Positions 13,387 to 23,180 of a DNA stretch of 64,000 nt are shown one piece after another. The stretch comes from Vicugna vicugna (taxonomy: Eukaryota), in the NCBI GenBank assembly GCA_013265495.1, contig MU059403.1, positions 1,502,960-1,566,959 of the forward strand, written 5' to 3'. The translations under genes and the position numbers were made by a program. Each line of letters opens with the position of its first letter. The stretch's first letter is position 1. The notes beneath the pieces are model-generated. The model had not been told where the DNA came from. It searched no databases and saw nothing but the letters and a program-made list of their open reading frames with translations.

Positions 13387-15002
13387 CTCACAGGCCTCGC
13401 GCCAGCTCTTCTGCCCGGCTGGAAACCGACAGGGGCAGAGAGCTCCAGGCCTGAGACCGGGAACTGTCACCCATTCACAGGCAGAGGAGCTGTAATCCCT
13501 GCATGCAGCTGCCAGAGAGGCCTGTGTTTGCACACGTGTGTGAGCGAGCAGGCCAGGGCACACGTCTCTGGAGGCCCCTGGGCGGTGACAGCAGCCCTCT
13601 CCGAAACCAGCAGACTTCTTGGCTTTAGGTTATGAAAGACCCCAAACATGGCTGGAGCCACGGTTTGCTTGCCAGCGTTAGGCTGGGTTTACTGGAAGAT
13701 TCCTAACCTCCATCGGAGGCTGGTCGGCTTTAGTGACCCCCGCTGGACACACACCCGGGCTCTGAGGGGAGCCCCGGCCTCCACAGCGTTCCTGTCTCTT
13801 TCAGGAGGGGTGAGGCCGGGAGAAAAGACGGGTTGAATTTAAAACCAGGTGAGCTTTCCGCGGACCTACTTTCTGCGCCTGCATTTCTATGATTCCCAGA
13901 CTCCGAGAGGAATTCTGTAGATGCAAACACAGAATTCAGGAAGACCAAGAGGAAAGGGGGCACAGAGTGGAGCCGCCTCCTCCTCCTCGCTGTGGAAAAC
14001 GGCCCTGTTTCTCTCATGCAACGGGGGCTTCTGTGCCGCCTGGCTCAGGCTTTATGGAGCAGTGAAGCCTGACGCGTCCTTCTGTCTGGTTTTAACTTGT
14101 GAAGCGTATGTTTTCACAACAGCACAAGTGCAGGCAGATTTCGGTTGGAGCCTCATGAGGCCTGGGTGCTTCTGAGTCCAGGCTCCGGTCCTCCCTGCCC
14201 CATGCGTCCTATCCCCGCGAACAGCACACTTAGGGCGAGCCCCACACCCTGCAGCTGGAATTTAAATGTAGTTTTAAAGGTTCCCAGTCTGAATTAGAAT
14301 TCAGAGCTTACGTAGCGGTGACGGGGTGGAGAGGTTAGCTGGGCTGCCCTCGGGTCCTGCTGGCATTACCGCCCCTGCGGATTCCCAGGGCCCAGGGGCT
14401 GGGCTGCCCCCGAGGGGCTCCTCTGCCTGGAGGCCCGTGGGGGAGCATGTGGGTGAGCCCCAGCCCCCAGGCCGGCCTCCAGCAGGCAGTCCTGCTTCCT
14501 GTTCATTTGTTTACGCCTCTGGACTGGATCAGTTTGAAGGATAGACTCTGACTCCAAGGCTAAGAAAAGTGCAGAAACCCCACGTCAAGTTTTAGATGAC
14601 TGCTGGGAACTCACTCTGCTCAAATCAACGCTCGTCTCTGCATTTCAACTGCATTTGCCTTGTCCTCTGACAGCTGTGGGCCTCGCAGGGGCGTCCAGTC
14701 CAGGAGCCGTGGGACCCCAGGGTGGCAGGCTGACCCCAGGCAGGGCTGTCGAAGGACTGGGTGTGGCCTCGGGGTGCTTCGCCCAGGAAGTGACTTTTGA
14801 GTTGGGAAGCGCAAAAATTAAAAGCCAATAAAAATCCTCTGCCGCCAGGCCCTGTTTTTGACCGGCCTGGTTTCTGATTACAAGCGACATGCCTGTCTGC
14901 TTATGGAGACCAGGGCGAAGGAGACAGTAGGCGGGGAGGAAGTCCTGTAATCCTGACACCTGCACGTTCTTAGGCCCCCAGCTCATTCCTACAACATGAG
15001 CC

Positions 15003-15060
15003 CGTGCACACACACACGCGCGCACACACGCGCACACACGCTCACGTAAGCACGCTCACG
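15003..15060. repeat. Compound (CA)n/(CG)n microsatellite
   Basis: cgtgcacacacacacgcgcgcacacacgcgcacacacg... Confidence 0.9.
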
Positions 15061-17163
15061 TCCTGTGATCGGAGAGGCTGAACGCAGGTCTCAGAGGACA
15101 GTGCATGTCCTGGGCACAGCCCCACACTTCGCAGATGCGCTGACCACAGGGTGGTGATGCGCGCTTTGGAGGCAAAGTCTGAAGGGAAAAGCAGCGTAGA
15201 GAAAGCTCACAGCCTCGTGTAGTCTCGTCTGCAGGACAGGCAGGCACCCCCCACCACCAAGGCCGTATGTGAACGTGGCCCGTGCATCAGCCCTGGGGTT
15301 TATTTCTGTAACCAACCTCTATGCTGGGCAGTTTCTAATTTTCTGTTGTAAGCGGAGCTTTGCGTGAGCCATCCTCATGGACCTTTTGGACGCCTCTGGC
15401 CACTCCCCAGGCCATGGCGACAGGGACCCCTGCCCATCCAGCCAGGTGACCAGCGGCCTCAGCTCAGGAAGGATTCCAGATGCAGACTGTGGGCTGGAGC
15501 TTTAGGAAGGAGTCTTGTTCCAACACCTGCACCTTCGGGTGGGGGAGATGCACACTGAGCTGTCCCTTCTCTGTCCCGGGAGGAGGGCGTGGCGCAGGAA
15601 TGGTGCAGGCCCCGTGGGTCCTCACCTGCTTTGCCCCGTCAGCCCTGCTCCCCTCGTCTCCTCACCAGAACCACAACTCCGTCCACACACCACCAACTTT
15701 TGACGCCACTCAGGCTGGCGAGGTGAAGCAGCTGGGTCAGATGTGCGAGGGTCTCCTCCAGCACCAGGGCTGCAAGGTGGGAACCCGAGGCGTCTCAGCC
15801 AGCCGTGCCGGTCCAGGCGCTCGGACGTCCCAGATGGGCCTGTCGGGTGCATGGTCTGGGCGGTGCACACTTGGACAGAGTTCTCCACATGTGACCACGT
15901 CTTGCTCAGCCAGAAGCCCAGCAAACCGTCCCTGGGAGAAGCAGAGGAGGAGTGGGGACTGGTTAACAAGTGATGAGTCACATTGGACACCTGGCCGCAG
16001 AGTGGGTCACAAGGCCCTCCCCTGCCAGCCTGCCCTGCAAATGCACCAGCCTCTGCTTTTAACTGCTCCTCCCCCAGGGACGTGATCCCACAGGAGAGGG
16101 GACCGCGGGCACGTCCCACGGAGACTTTGGGTGGAGGGCCTGGGACCCAGCCCTGTGCCCCAGGGCGGGTGCTGGAGCAGAGCAGGGAGGCACTGAGGCC
16201 GAGGCAAGCTGAGTGTGTGTCTCCCAGGGGCATCGCTGGAGCAAAGGTGATGAAGCAGCAGCTCCAGCAGGGCTGCCCTCCAACCGAAGTTCGGAGGCTC
16301 CCCTTGTGCACGGGCGAGGCTGTGCCGCGTGCGTGTGGTTTGCACGTGTGCCTGGTGTGGGTGCTCCTGCCGCTGCGTGAGCGTCCGGGTGGCTCTCAGA
16401 AAGGTGGCCCGGCTGGATCTTCTCCACCCTGCCTCCCACGGGCCCCGCTGGGAGCCCGGAGCCGGGAACACATGCGCCACGCCTGCAGTGACCCGTCACC
16501 ACAGACTTGGTTTGGGGCTAAACTTGGACTTTTTTGATGTTTTGTGTTTGTTCATTCTAAGCAAATCACAAGGTTCTGCTTTGAAGGGAAAAGGATGAAA
16601 AGGCCATTAAGAGGCTCCTTTGACATGAAATAGCTGTAGTATTTCAAGGAGGTAAATGCAAATAAATTGGAATCAGACGCGAGGCTTCCATCGGATCCAC
16701 CGCCTTAAACATGTCAGGGCTGGTCACGCGGTCAGACAGTGTGCCGAGGCTCCGAGTTCCCCGAGCAAGACCTGCGTTACGCCCTTTGTCATCGGGACGA
16801 GATGTGTGTTCTGGGGCGGGGGGTCCATGCACTGTTTTCCATGTGACTCTGGAGACAGCAAGTCGCGACCACGTGCCCCCCTGAACAGACCTTCCCACGT
16901 GGGCACCAGCAGGCGCCACGTGAAAGATGGACCCTCTCCCCACCAAAGCTCACCCCAAAGGGTCATATCATCGTCTCCCCTCTTCCTGGAGGGTGGCTTC
17001 TCAGTTTTGGCGTGGACTGAACATTTTTCCGTTGTGTGAACGTACTTTGTAGTACAACTGCTCAGGGCCTTTTTTTAACGTTAAAAATCCCAGGTGGGAA
17101 AGAGCGTCTCTGACAGTAAGGTGGCCAACATCCCATTGTACATCACATCCTCGTGGCCCTAGT

Positions 17164-17334
17164 CAGAGTTCCTCACAGTGGTCCACTCAGAACACTGGAG
17201 TCTTTGTCAAATGGTGGGATCTCAGCCGTCTGCCCGCCCCCCATCTGCTGTCAGAGTCTCCCAGGTTGGGGTCCAGAAATGACATTTTTAACAGTCTCCT
17301 AGGTGATGGGCCCAGGAACTTTTGAGAACTGCTG
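17164..17334 (+). mobile_element. MER5A-like hAT-Charlie MITE
   Basis: Termini cagagttcctca and tttgagaactgctg; internal cagaacactggagtctttgtcaaa and ggggtccagaaatgacatttttaacagtctcctaggtgatg. Confidence 0.75.
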
Positions 17335-17371
17335 CCTTAAAGGGTGCTTTTTCAGGATTAATTCTGTACCT

Positions 17372-17415
17372 GAGGAAGGAAGGGAAGGACGGAAGGAAGG
17401 GAGGGAGGGAGGAAG
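17372..17415. repeat. (GGAA/GGGA)n purine tract
   Basis: gaggaaggaagggaaggacggaaggaagggagggagggaggaag. Confidence 0.9.
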
Positions 17416-18639
17416 TTTGAGGTCCAGAATGTCTCTGAGTCTTTGAGAATGATCCCGGACTCTTTCTTTCACTCAGAAGGTATTCACTCGATCCCAGACT
17501 GGGGCGGGCGCTGAGACGGGCCTGTTGGTCTCCCTCCGGGATAAGCGCCTGCACGTAGGTGACGGGCGCCTCCCGGGGCTGGCTCTCTCCTCCTGAGACT
17601 CAGTCCAGGGGAAATGGCATGGGGGCCTGACCTGACTGGACAAGCTCTTAAGGGAGGGTCTGGAGGTCGGAGTGGGGCTGCTGAGACCTGGAAGGAGGCC
17701 GAGGTCCCCGTGTGGGCCGCCTGTGGGGCCCCGTGCCAGGGGGCCGCGGGCAGCCCCAGGAGCGGAGGGCCAGCCAGGAAAGGTCCCGGGTTCTGCCAGC
17801 ACCCGAGGGCACCAGCCTCCGTCCTCCAAGGTGACCTGAGCCCAGCAACAGCTTGGCCGCATCCTGGTGAGACCCGGAGGAAGACCCGCCCTCACCGGCC
17901 TCCTGAGCGTGGGAGCTGAGAGGTGTTGCCTGGATGCTGCTGGCACGGGTGGCTCTCTGCCCCTTGGCTGCCAGGTCACCCCTCCTTGGCCCTGGTGCAG
18001 CCCCTGGTCTGGAGCCTCTGTCCTGCCCTCTCTTACCACCTGCCCGTCACCCCCACACTTTCTGCTAGAGCCACGACCTCCACTCTTTTCCTCCTGAGCC
18101 ACGGGGTTGACCTTGCTCCCTGGACAGACTCAACCAGACAAAAGCAGGCCTTGTTGGCCACACCCAGGACACAGCATTTTAAATGGAGAATCAATAAATA
18201 GCGCCTGTTCAGACTGAACTCCGTCCCGTGGAGAGATCCAGCCTGCACTCCGTCACAGGAGAGCCAGAACACGACTCCAGGCCGGCGGCCTGTGGACCAG
18301 TGGCTAGACCGAGATCCAGGGTGGAGCAGCCAGCGGTGTCTGAGTGTCGGAGTGCCCAGCGTGGCAGTGTCCAAACTCTCCTTTGTCTCGGTCACCAGAA
18401 GCACCTGGGCGTCTGCTGCTGGACATTGTGGGCAAGCCCTCCTCACATGGCGGCCACAGTAGCAGGTTCTGGGGTCTTTTTAAACCCAAGACTCTACAGT
18501 CGTCAGAAACTAGAACCTAGAAAGGTCTGGCCACTCTGAACCGGCTGCCGGTGGCTGGTCTCCTTGGGCTCCTTTCCTTGCCTTCTGCAGGAATGAGGTT
18601 TGGGCAGCGAGTCCAGCTAAAATGCAGCCTTGCTCAGCC

Positions 18640-18870
18640 TCTCTGCAGCCAGACCAGTCATGTTACTCAGCTCCAGTGAACCAAGGGGACTTCCAGGAAG
18701 ATTTCCCGAAAGGGGGGAGCAGGGGGCTCTTGCCTTTTGCCAGTTTCCTCTCACTTCAAACTCGAAATGCAGATGTGATGGCTGGTGTTCCAGCAGCCAT
18801 CCTGGACTGTGAGGCCACTTTGAGGCTGAACACCAGACCTGAAGAGGAAGACAGCATAAAGCAGCCAGTC
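18640..18870 (+). mobile_element. Possible old MaLR/ERVL LTR fragment (MLT1J/K or LTR16/33 type)
   Basis: gcagatgtgatggctggtgttccagcagccatcctggactgtgagg is a motif shared by these families; the flanks are poorly matched. Confidence 0.35.
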
Positions 18871-18888
18871 CTGATTTTCTGCTTGCTT

Positions 18889-18960
18889 TGTGTGTGTGCG
18901 TGCGTGTGTGAGTGTGTGTGTGTGCGCGCGTGTGTGTGTGTGCGCGCGTGTGTGTGTGTG
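18889..18960. repeat. Compound (TG)n/(CG)n microsatellite
   Basis: 72 bp of TG with CG inserts and a single AG interruption at 18911. Confidence 0.95.
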
Positions 18961-18999
18961 CTGCTGGCCACGTCCCTCCAGTCTCCATGTGGCGCTCCA

Positions 19000-19154
19000 T
19001 GGGTTTGTGTAAGGGCCCCAGGCCTAATGGCCTTCTTCTGACCCCATCACCTGGGGCAGACCCACCTCCATGTAAGGTCACGTTGGGAGGAGGACGCTGG
19101 GGGGTCAGGACTCCACAGCCTCTTATTTGGGAAGACACAGTTCACCTCACAACA
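19000..19154 (+). mobile_element. MLT1(B/C/D)-like MaLR LTR, 3' part
   Basis: aagggcccca...taaggtcacgtt...ggggggtcaggactccaca...tttgggaagacacagttcacctcacaaca. Confidence 0.6.
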
Positions 19155-20774
19155 CCCACTGATCTTTAGTTTCTTCCTCTAAAAAGGTAAGTGACAAATA
19201 GTTCAAAGGCGGTTCTAAGCTTTTCTTGAGGTGCTGGATAGGGAGTTCTCAGCTCCGTCCTGAGCCCAGGAACGTTAGCGGTTCTCTCAGAGGAGCACTC
19301 GGGTCGGGGAGGTGGTCACTGGCGCAGAGCTTCTGAGGCCGCAGGGCTGGGTTTCCACCAGGATGATCCAAAGTTTTAAGCTCAGGGCCTGATGAAGCCA
19401 AGAACGAACTTGGAGGAGCCCTTTTACTCTGGGGTCCAAGAGCTGGATGCTAGTCTCCTCCTTAGGGGGTTTCTGCTTAAGAAGTTCTTGACAACGTGAT
19501 TATTCCCAGACAATACAGTCACGGAAATAAGATGTAGTCACGGGCTAGGACTCGAATATGAAGATAAACAGATCGGAGGGAACACGGGTCATTAAGCTGA
19601 GATGATTCTATTGAAATACTAGAGGCCTGCAGTGAGCCAGGAAGGAGAGACGTTCTTTTATAAACGACACAGATAAGATCCTTCCAGCGGAGGTGCAGAC
19701 CGTCCATGCAGGAAAACACCCGAGTGATTTTTCCCATCCCGTTGAGACCAGATCGTGGATATTTCCTGTTAAATCCAAACTCTGGGCTGTGCACCAGATT
19801 CAGCGGGAGCAGAGGAGATGCTGCTGAAGCTGATGGTGGATTCCTGCAGGGCTGGGTCTCTGGGTGGCTGGGGTTTTGGGTGGAGGAAGGGCAGGCCCAG
19901 CCAGGAGCTCCAGGCTCAGGGCTGCTGTCAGGGGAGCGCAGACCGCGTGGTGGCCCCCGTTCCGCTCCTTTCCACACGCACCTCCCGACAGAGCCCGGCG
20001 CCTGCGCAGCCCGGCTGAGGGCAGCGACCTGGACGACCAGCTGCGTGTGGGCGCGAACACGCCCTTCCTACGCCGGCCGGTGGACGCGGAGACCTCGCAA
20101 GTCGCAAACAGCTGTGTCCTGGTTCCGCCGACACAGTCGTCATCGAATGCGCACAAGCTCGCTGGGCTTCCTCCCAGAGCAGAAGCATACATGCTGTTCT
20201 GGCTTTGTTTCCTCCTCTCTTGTCTCTGTGGTCAGTGAAACGCGTCTTCCAGGTGACTGATTGGGGTCAGAAATGTCAGCTGGGGAACAGGGGGAGTGAA
20301 TCCTTCGTCCTTCTGCAATGCGTTCAAGATGTTCCAGGAAATGAGGAATGCTGACTTGCCGACTGCAAACAACGAGTCCTCCATGTTATCCTTTTACCCA
20401 GAAACAGACCCCAGACTTCCCGCAGGGAGCGCCAGGGTACGTACCTCCAGGGAGAAACCCCTGCCCCCGCCTTTGACTCCCTCCCTCTGTACGAAGCCTG
20501 TGCAGCCGTGCACTTCCCGTTTGCTCGTTCTGGGCCACCTTCTGGCCCACGGTTCAGTCAGAGTCCTAACTCCCTGAGCTGCAGCGTGAAGTGCAGACTC
20601 TGCTCAGTGGGCCCACATCCATGATTTTGACCCAATTCAGCTTTCTGTTCTTCCCACCACTACCCCACATGCTCCCTGGATTCTGCCTGTATAACTAGAA
20701 AAATCAAGGCGGGAGGGAGGAAAGAAAGAGGAAGAGAAAGAGCGAGAGGGCCAGTATTTGGAGACGTGGTGACC

Positions 20775-21586
20775 AGTGACACTGCAGACCACTCAGGCCA
20801 CGCTAAGGACGTGGGGCTTTATTCTAATGGCACTGGGGTCTCTGAAGTGTTTGACCAGAGGACTGATGTCACATGGCTTATGGTTTTAAGTAAGCTCACT
20901 CTGCCTGTGGTGTGGACAACATAGTTGGTGGGGGAGCCGGGGGGGGGCCTGAGTGTGGAGCGTGGGCACGGGTGGGAGCTGTATCACGGTCTCCTAGACA
21001 ATGGTGGTGGCTCAGGCCAGTATGGCAGTGAATGTGTGAGCACCGCGGGAAGCCTGGATATAGCTTGAAGGCAGAGCCGAGGGAACATCTTGACTGATGG
21101 GATGTAAGATACAAGACAAGGCAGGAAGCACAGATAACACTCAGATTCTGGACGTAAGCATCTGGAAGAATGGTACTGTCCATAGATGGTGGGCTTCCAC
21201 GGATGGCGGAGCCGTCCACGGATAGTGGGCTTCCACGGATGGCGGAGCCGTCCACGGATAGTGGGCTTCCACGGATGGTGGATCTGCCCACGGATAGTGG
21301 GCTTCCACGGATGGCGGATCTGCCCACGGATAGTGGGCTTCCGTGGATGGTGAGCTGTCCACGGTTGGTGGAGCTGCCCATGGATACGGTGAGTTAACCC
21401 AGGGGAGGAGAAGCCTGTGGGGTGAGGAAGACCATGGGCTGGAGCGGGTGGCTGATTAGACATACGGGGACACATGGTGAGGAGTCAGTTGGATACGCGA
21501 ATTTATAATTCAGAGCTGAGTGAGGCCTGTACAAGTTTAGGAGTTTAACATTTAGTCGTATGTGAGGCCATGAGGCTGGTTGAGGC
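20775..21586 (-). mobile_element. LINE-2 (L2a-like) remnant, interrupted by a minisatellite and abutted by MLT2
   Basis: Colinear L2 antisense motifs: ggggctttattctaatggcactggg; ctcactctgcctgtggtgtgga; cttgaaggcagagccgaggga; and, after the minisatellite, gattagacat...gtcagttggatacgcga...gccatgaggctggttgag. Confidence 0.75.
21180..21393. repeat. 36-bp minisatellite made of alternating 17-bp and 19-bp monomers
   Basis: Alternating CCACGGATAGTGGGCTT and CCACGGATGG[C/T]GGA(GCCGT or TCTGC); about five dimers plus degenerate ends. Confidence 0.95.
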
Positions 21587-21588
21587 TG

Positions 21589-21910
21589 CATGATGGCTAG
21601 TTTTATAAGCAGACTTGACTGGGCCATGGGGAGCCCAGGTATTTGGTCAGACTTCATTCTGGGTGTGTCTGTGAGGTGCTTTTGGACGAGAGTAACGTCA
21701 ATTGGTCGACTGAGTAGAGCAGATTGTCCTCTTCTTCCTGCCTTTGGACTTAAATGGCAACACTGGCTCTCCTGGTCTCCAGTTTTAAGACTACAGACCA
21801 CGAACTTGTTGGCCTTCGTGGCTGCGTGAGCCAGTTCCTTATACCCAGTCTCTCCTTCCCACCTTCCCTGCCCCCTTGCTGTTCTGTTGACCTGCAGGAA
21901 AGCCCCTGCC
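21589..21910 (+). mobile_element. MLT2B-like ERVL solo LTR with internal deletion
   Basis: tgatggctagttttat...cttgactgggccatggggagcccaggtatttggtcagacttcattctgggtgtgtctgtgagg...gactgagtagagcagattgtcctc matches the MLT2B 5' end. Confidence 0.85.
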
Positions 21911-22924
21911 CCCGGGCCAGGGCCCTTTTGACCCCTGATGCCCGAGGGGCTACCCTTCGCTGTGGTCCTCAGATCACTTTCAGGGAGGCCTTCTCCTCCG
22001 CCTGGTGGCCGTGCGGAGCTGTCCCCTGGCAGTGTCCCACCTCTCCTCTGCTCCCCCTCCACCCATCCCCGGCCCTTGTGTGTGATCTGAGTCTCCCACC
22101 AGCGCACGAGCTCCCGGGGCGGCCGCACATGCAGTCAGGGCTCATCATTAGGGTCAATTCGTATTTCCTGTGGGAATGAGAGACTGCACAAAGTGAAACT
22201 AAAGCTCGCTGAGATTTTGAGAGGCAGTCAGAGCGCAGGGAAGGAAAGCCACGTAAGCCTGATGGCAGAGACTTTCCCCTGGAGGCAGCCCAGTTACTCG
22301 ATTCTGCAGGGAATAACTTGTGCACAGCGATCAAACAAGAATGACATGTCTTTCAATGTTTAGATCGTTGCAGAGAAAAGCCTGTGATGGTCACGGCTGG
22401 GTCACACAGAAGGAAGGGGTGCGTGTGACAGGGCCAGAGGGTGGAAAGGAAGATGGAGGGGCAGGGATGCAGGGATCAGCTCATCCCCTTGGACTTAAAA
22501 GTGAGGACTCAACAGGCACCGTCCACCGTGAGGCATCAAAGAGAGAAAGCATCAAAAGCGGAGGCGACCACACAGGGGAAGCGGGAGCCACGCGAGGTGT
22601 CGGGCTCCTCGCTGTGCTCAGTCAGGAGACGCCTGTGCAGCGCCAGCGTTTCCCTGGGAGAAGCCCCCTTCCCATGGACGGACAGGCGCGTGCCCGCGCC
22701 CTCAGCCCCAAAACCCCGGGCTGACTTGCCGACTGCAAACAAACGCATCCCGCGTCCTGGCAAACGTGTGACCATGTGCGGACAGCGCCTGGAGCAGGTC
22801 CAACAGCTGGGGGCTGCTCGGATGAAGCGTGCGCGTCCAGGCCGCGGGCTGCTGCGTGGGGGTGGGCTTGTAAAGGTGGAGGAGGGGCATTTCTAGGTAC
22901 CGACACAGAAAGATTTTTAAGGTC

Positions 22925-23180
22925 AATTGTTAATTACAAAAGCAAGGTCCCAAAAGGTGTATACATGATGCTGTCTTTAGCATTAGAAAGGCTGAAAATA
23001 GGAATCCACTTCTGTATCTGCCTGTGTGTGCATGAGGAAAGCCTGGAAGGACTCAGGACTCCGAGCAGCGGTTGTGGGCCTGGGAGCCGGCCCTCAGGTA
23101 GGAGGAAGCTGACTACTGTGGACCCCAAATAGTCTGGTTCTCAAGCCATGTTGATGCACATTCATGAAAAAATTAGACAA
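22925..23180 (+). mobile_element. Ancient L1ME/L1MD-type 3' end remnant
   Basis: aaaagcaagg...gtatacatgatgc...tgtgtgcatgaggaaagcctggaaggac...gcagcggtt resembles the 3' end of old eutherian L1M elements; strongly diverged. Confidence 0.5.

Noticed and set aside
19928-20238. CpG-rich exon-like stretch (EGSDLDDQLRVGANTPFLRRP)
   Set aside because: No homology recognised; it could be a GC-shifted LTR remnant, but the match was too weak to call.
21180-21393. CRISPR-like appearance of regularly spaced repeats
   Set aside because: No unique spacers, no cas genes, and the DNA is mammalian.
20896-21475. ORFs with repetitive peptides (IRGSPLSV, WKPTIRG, PSVEAHY)
   Set aside because: They are translations of the 36-bp minisatellite; a period divisible by 3 keeps several frames open.
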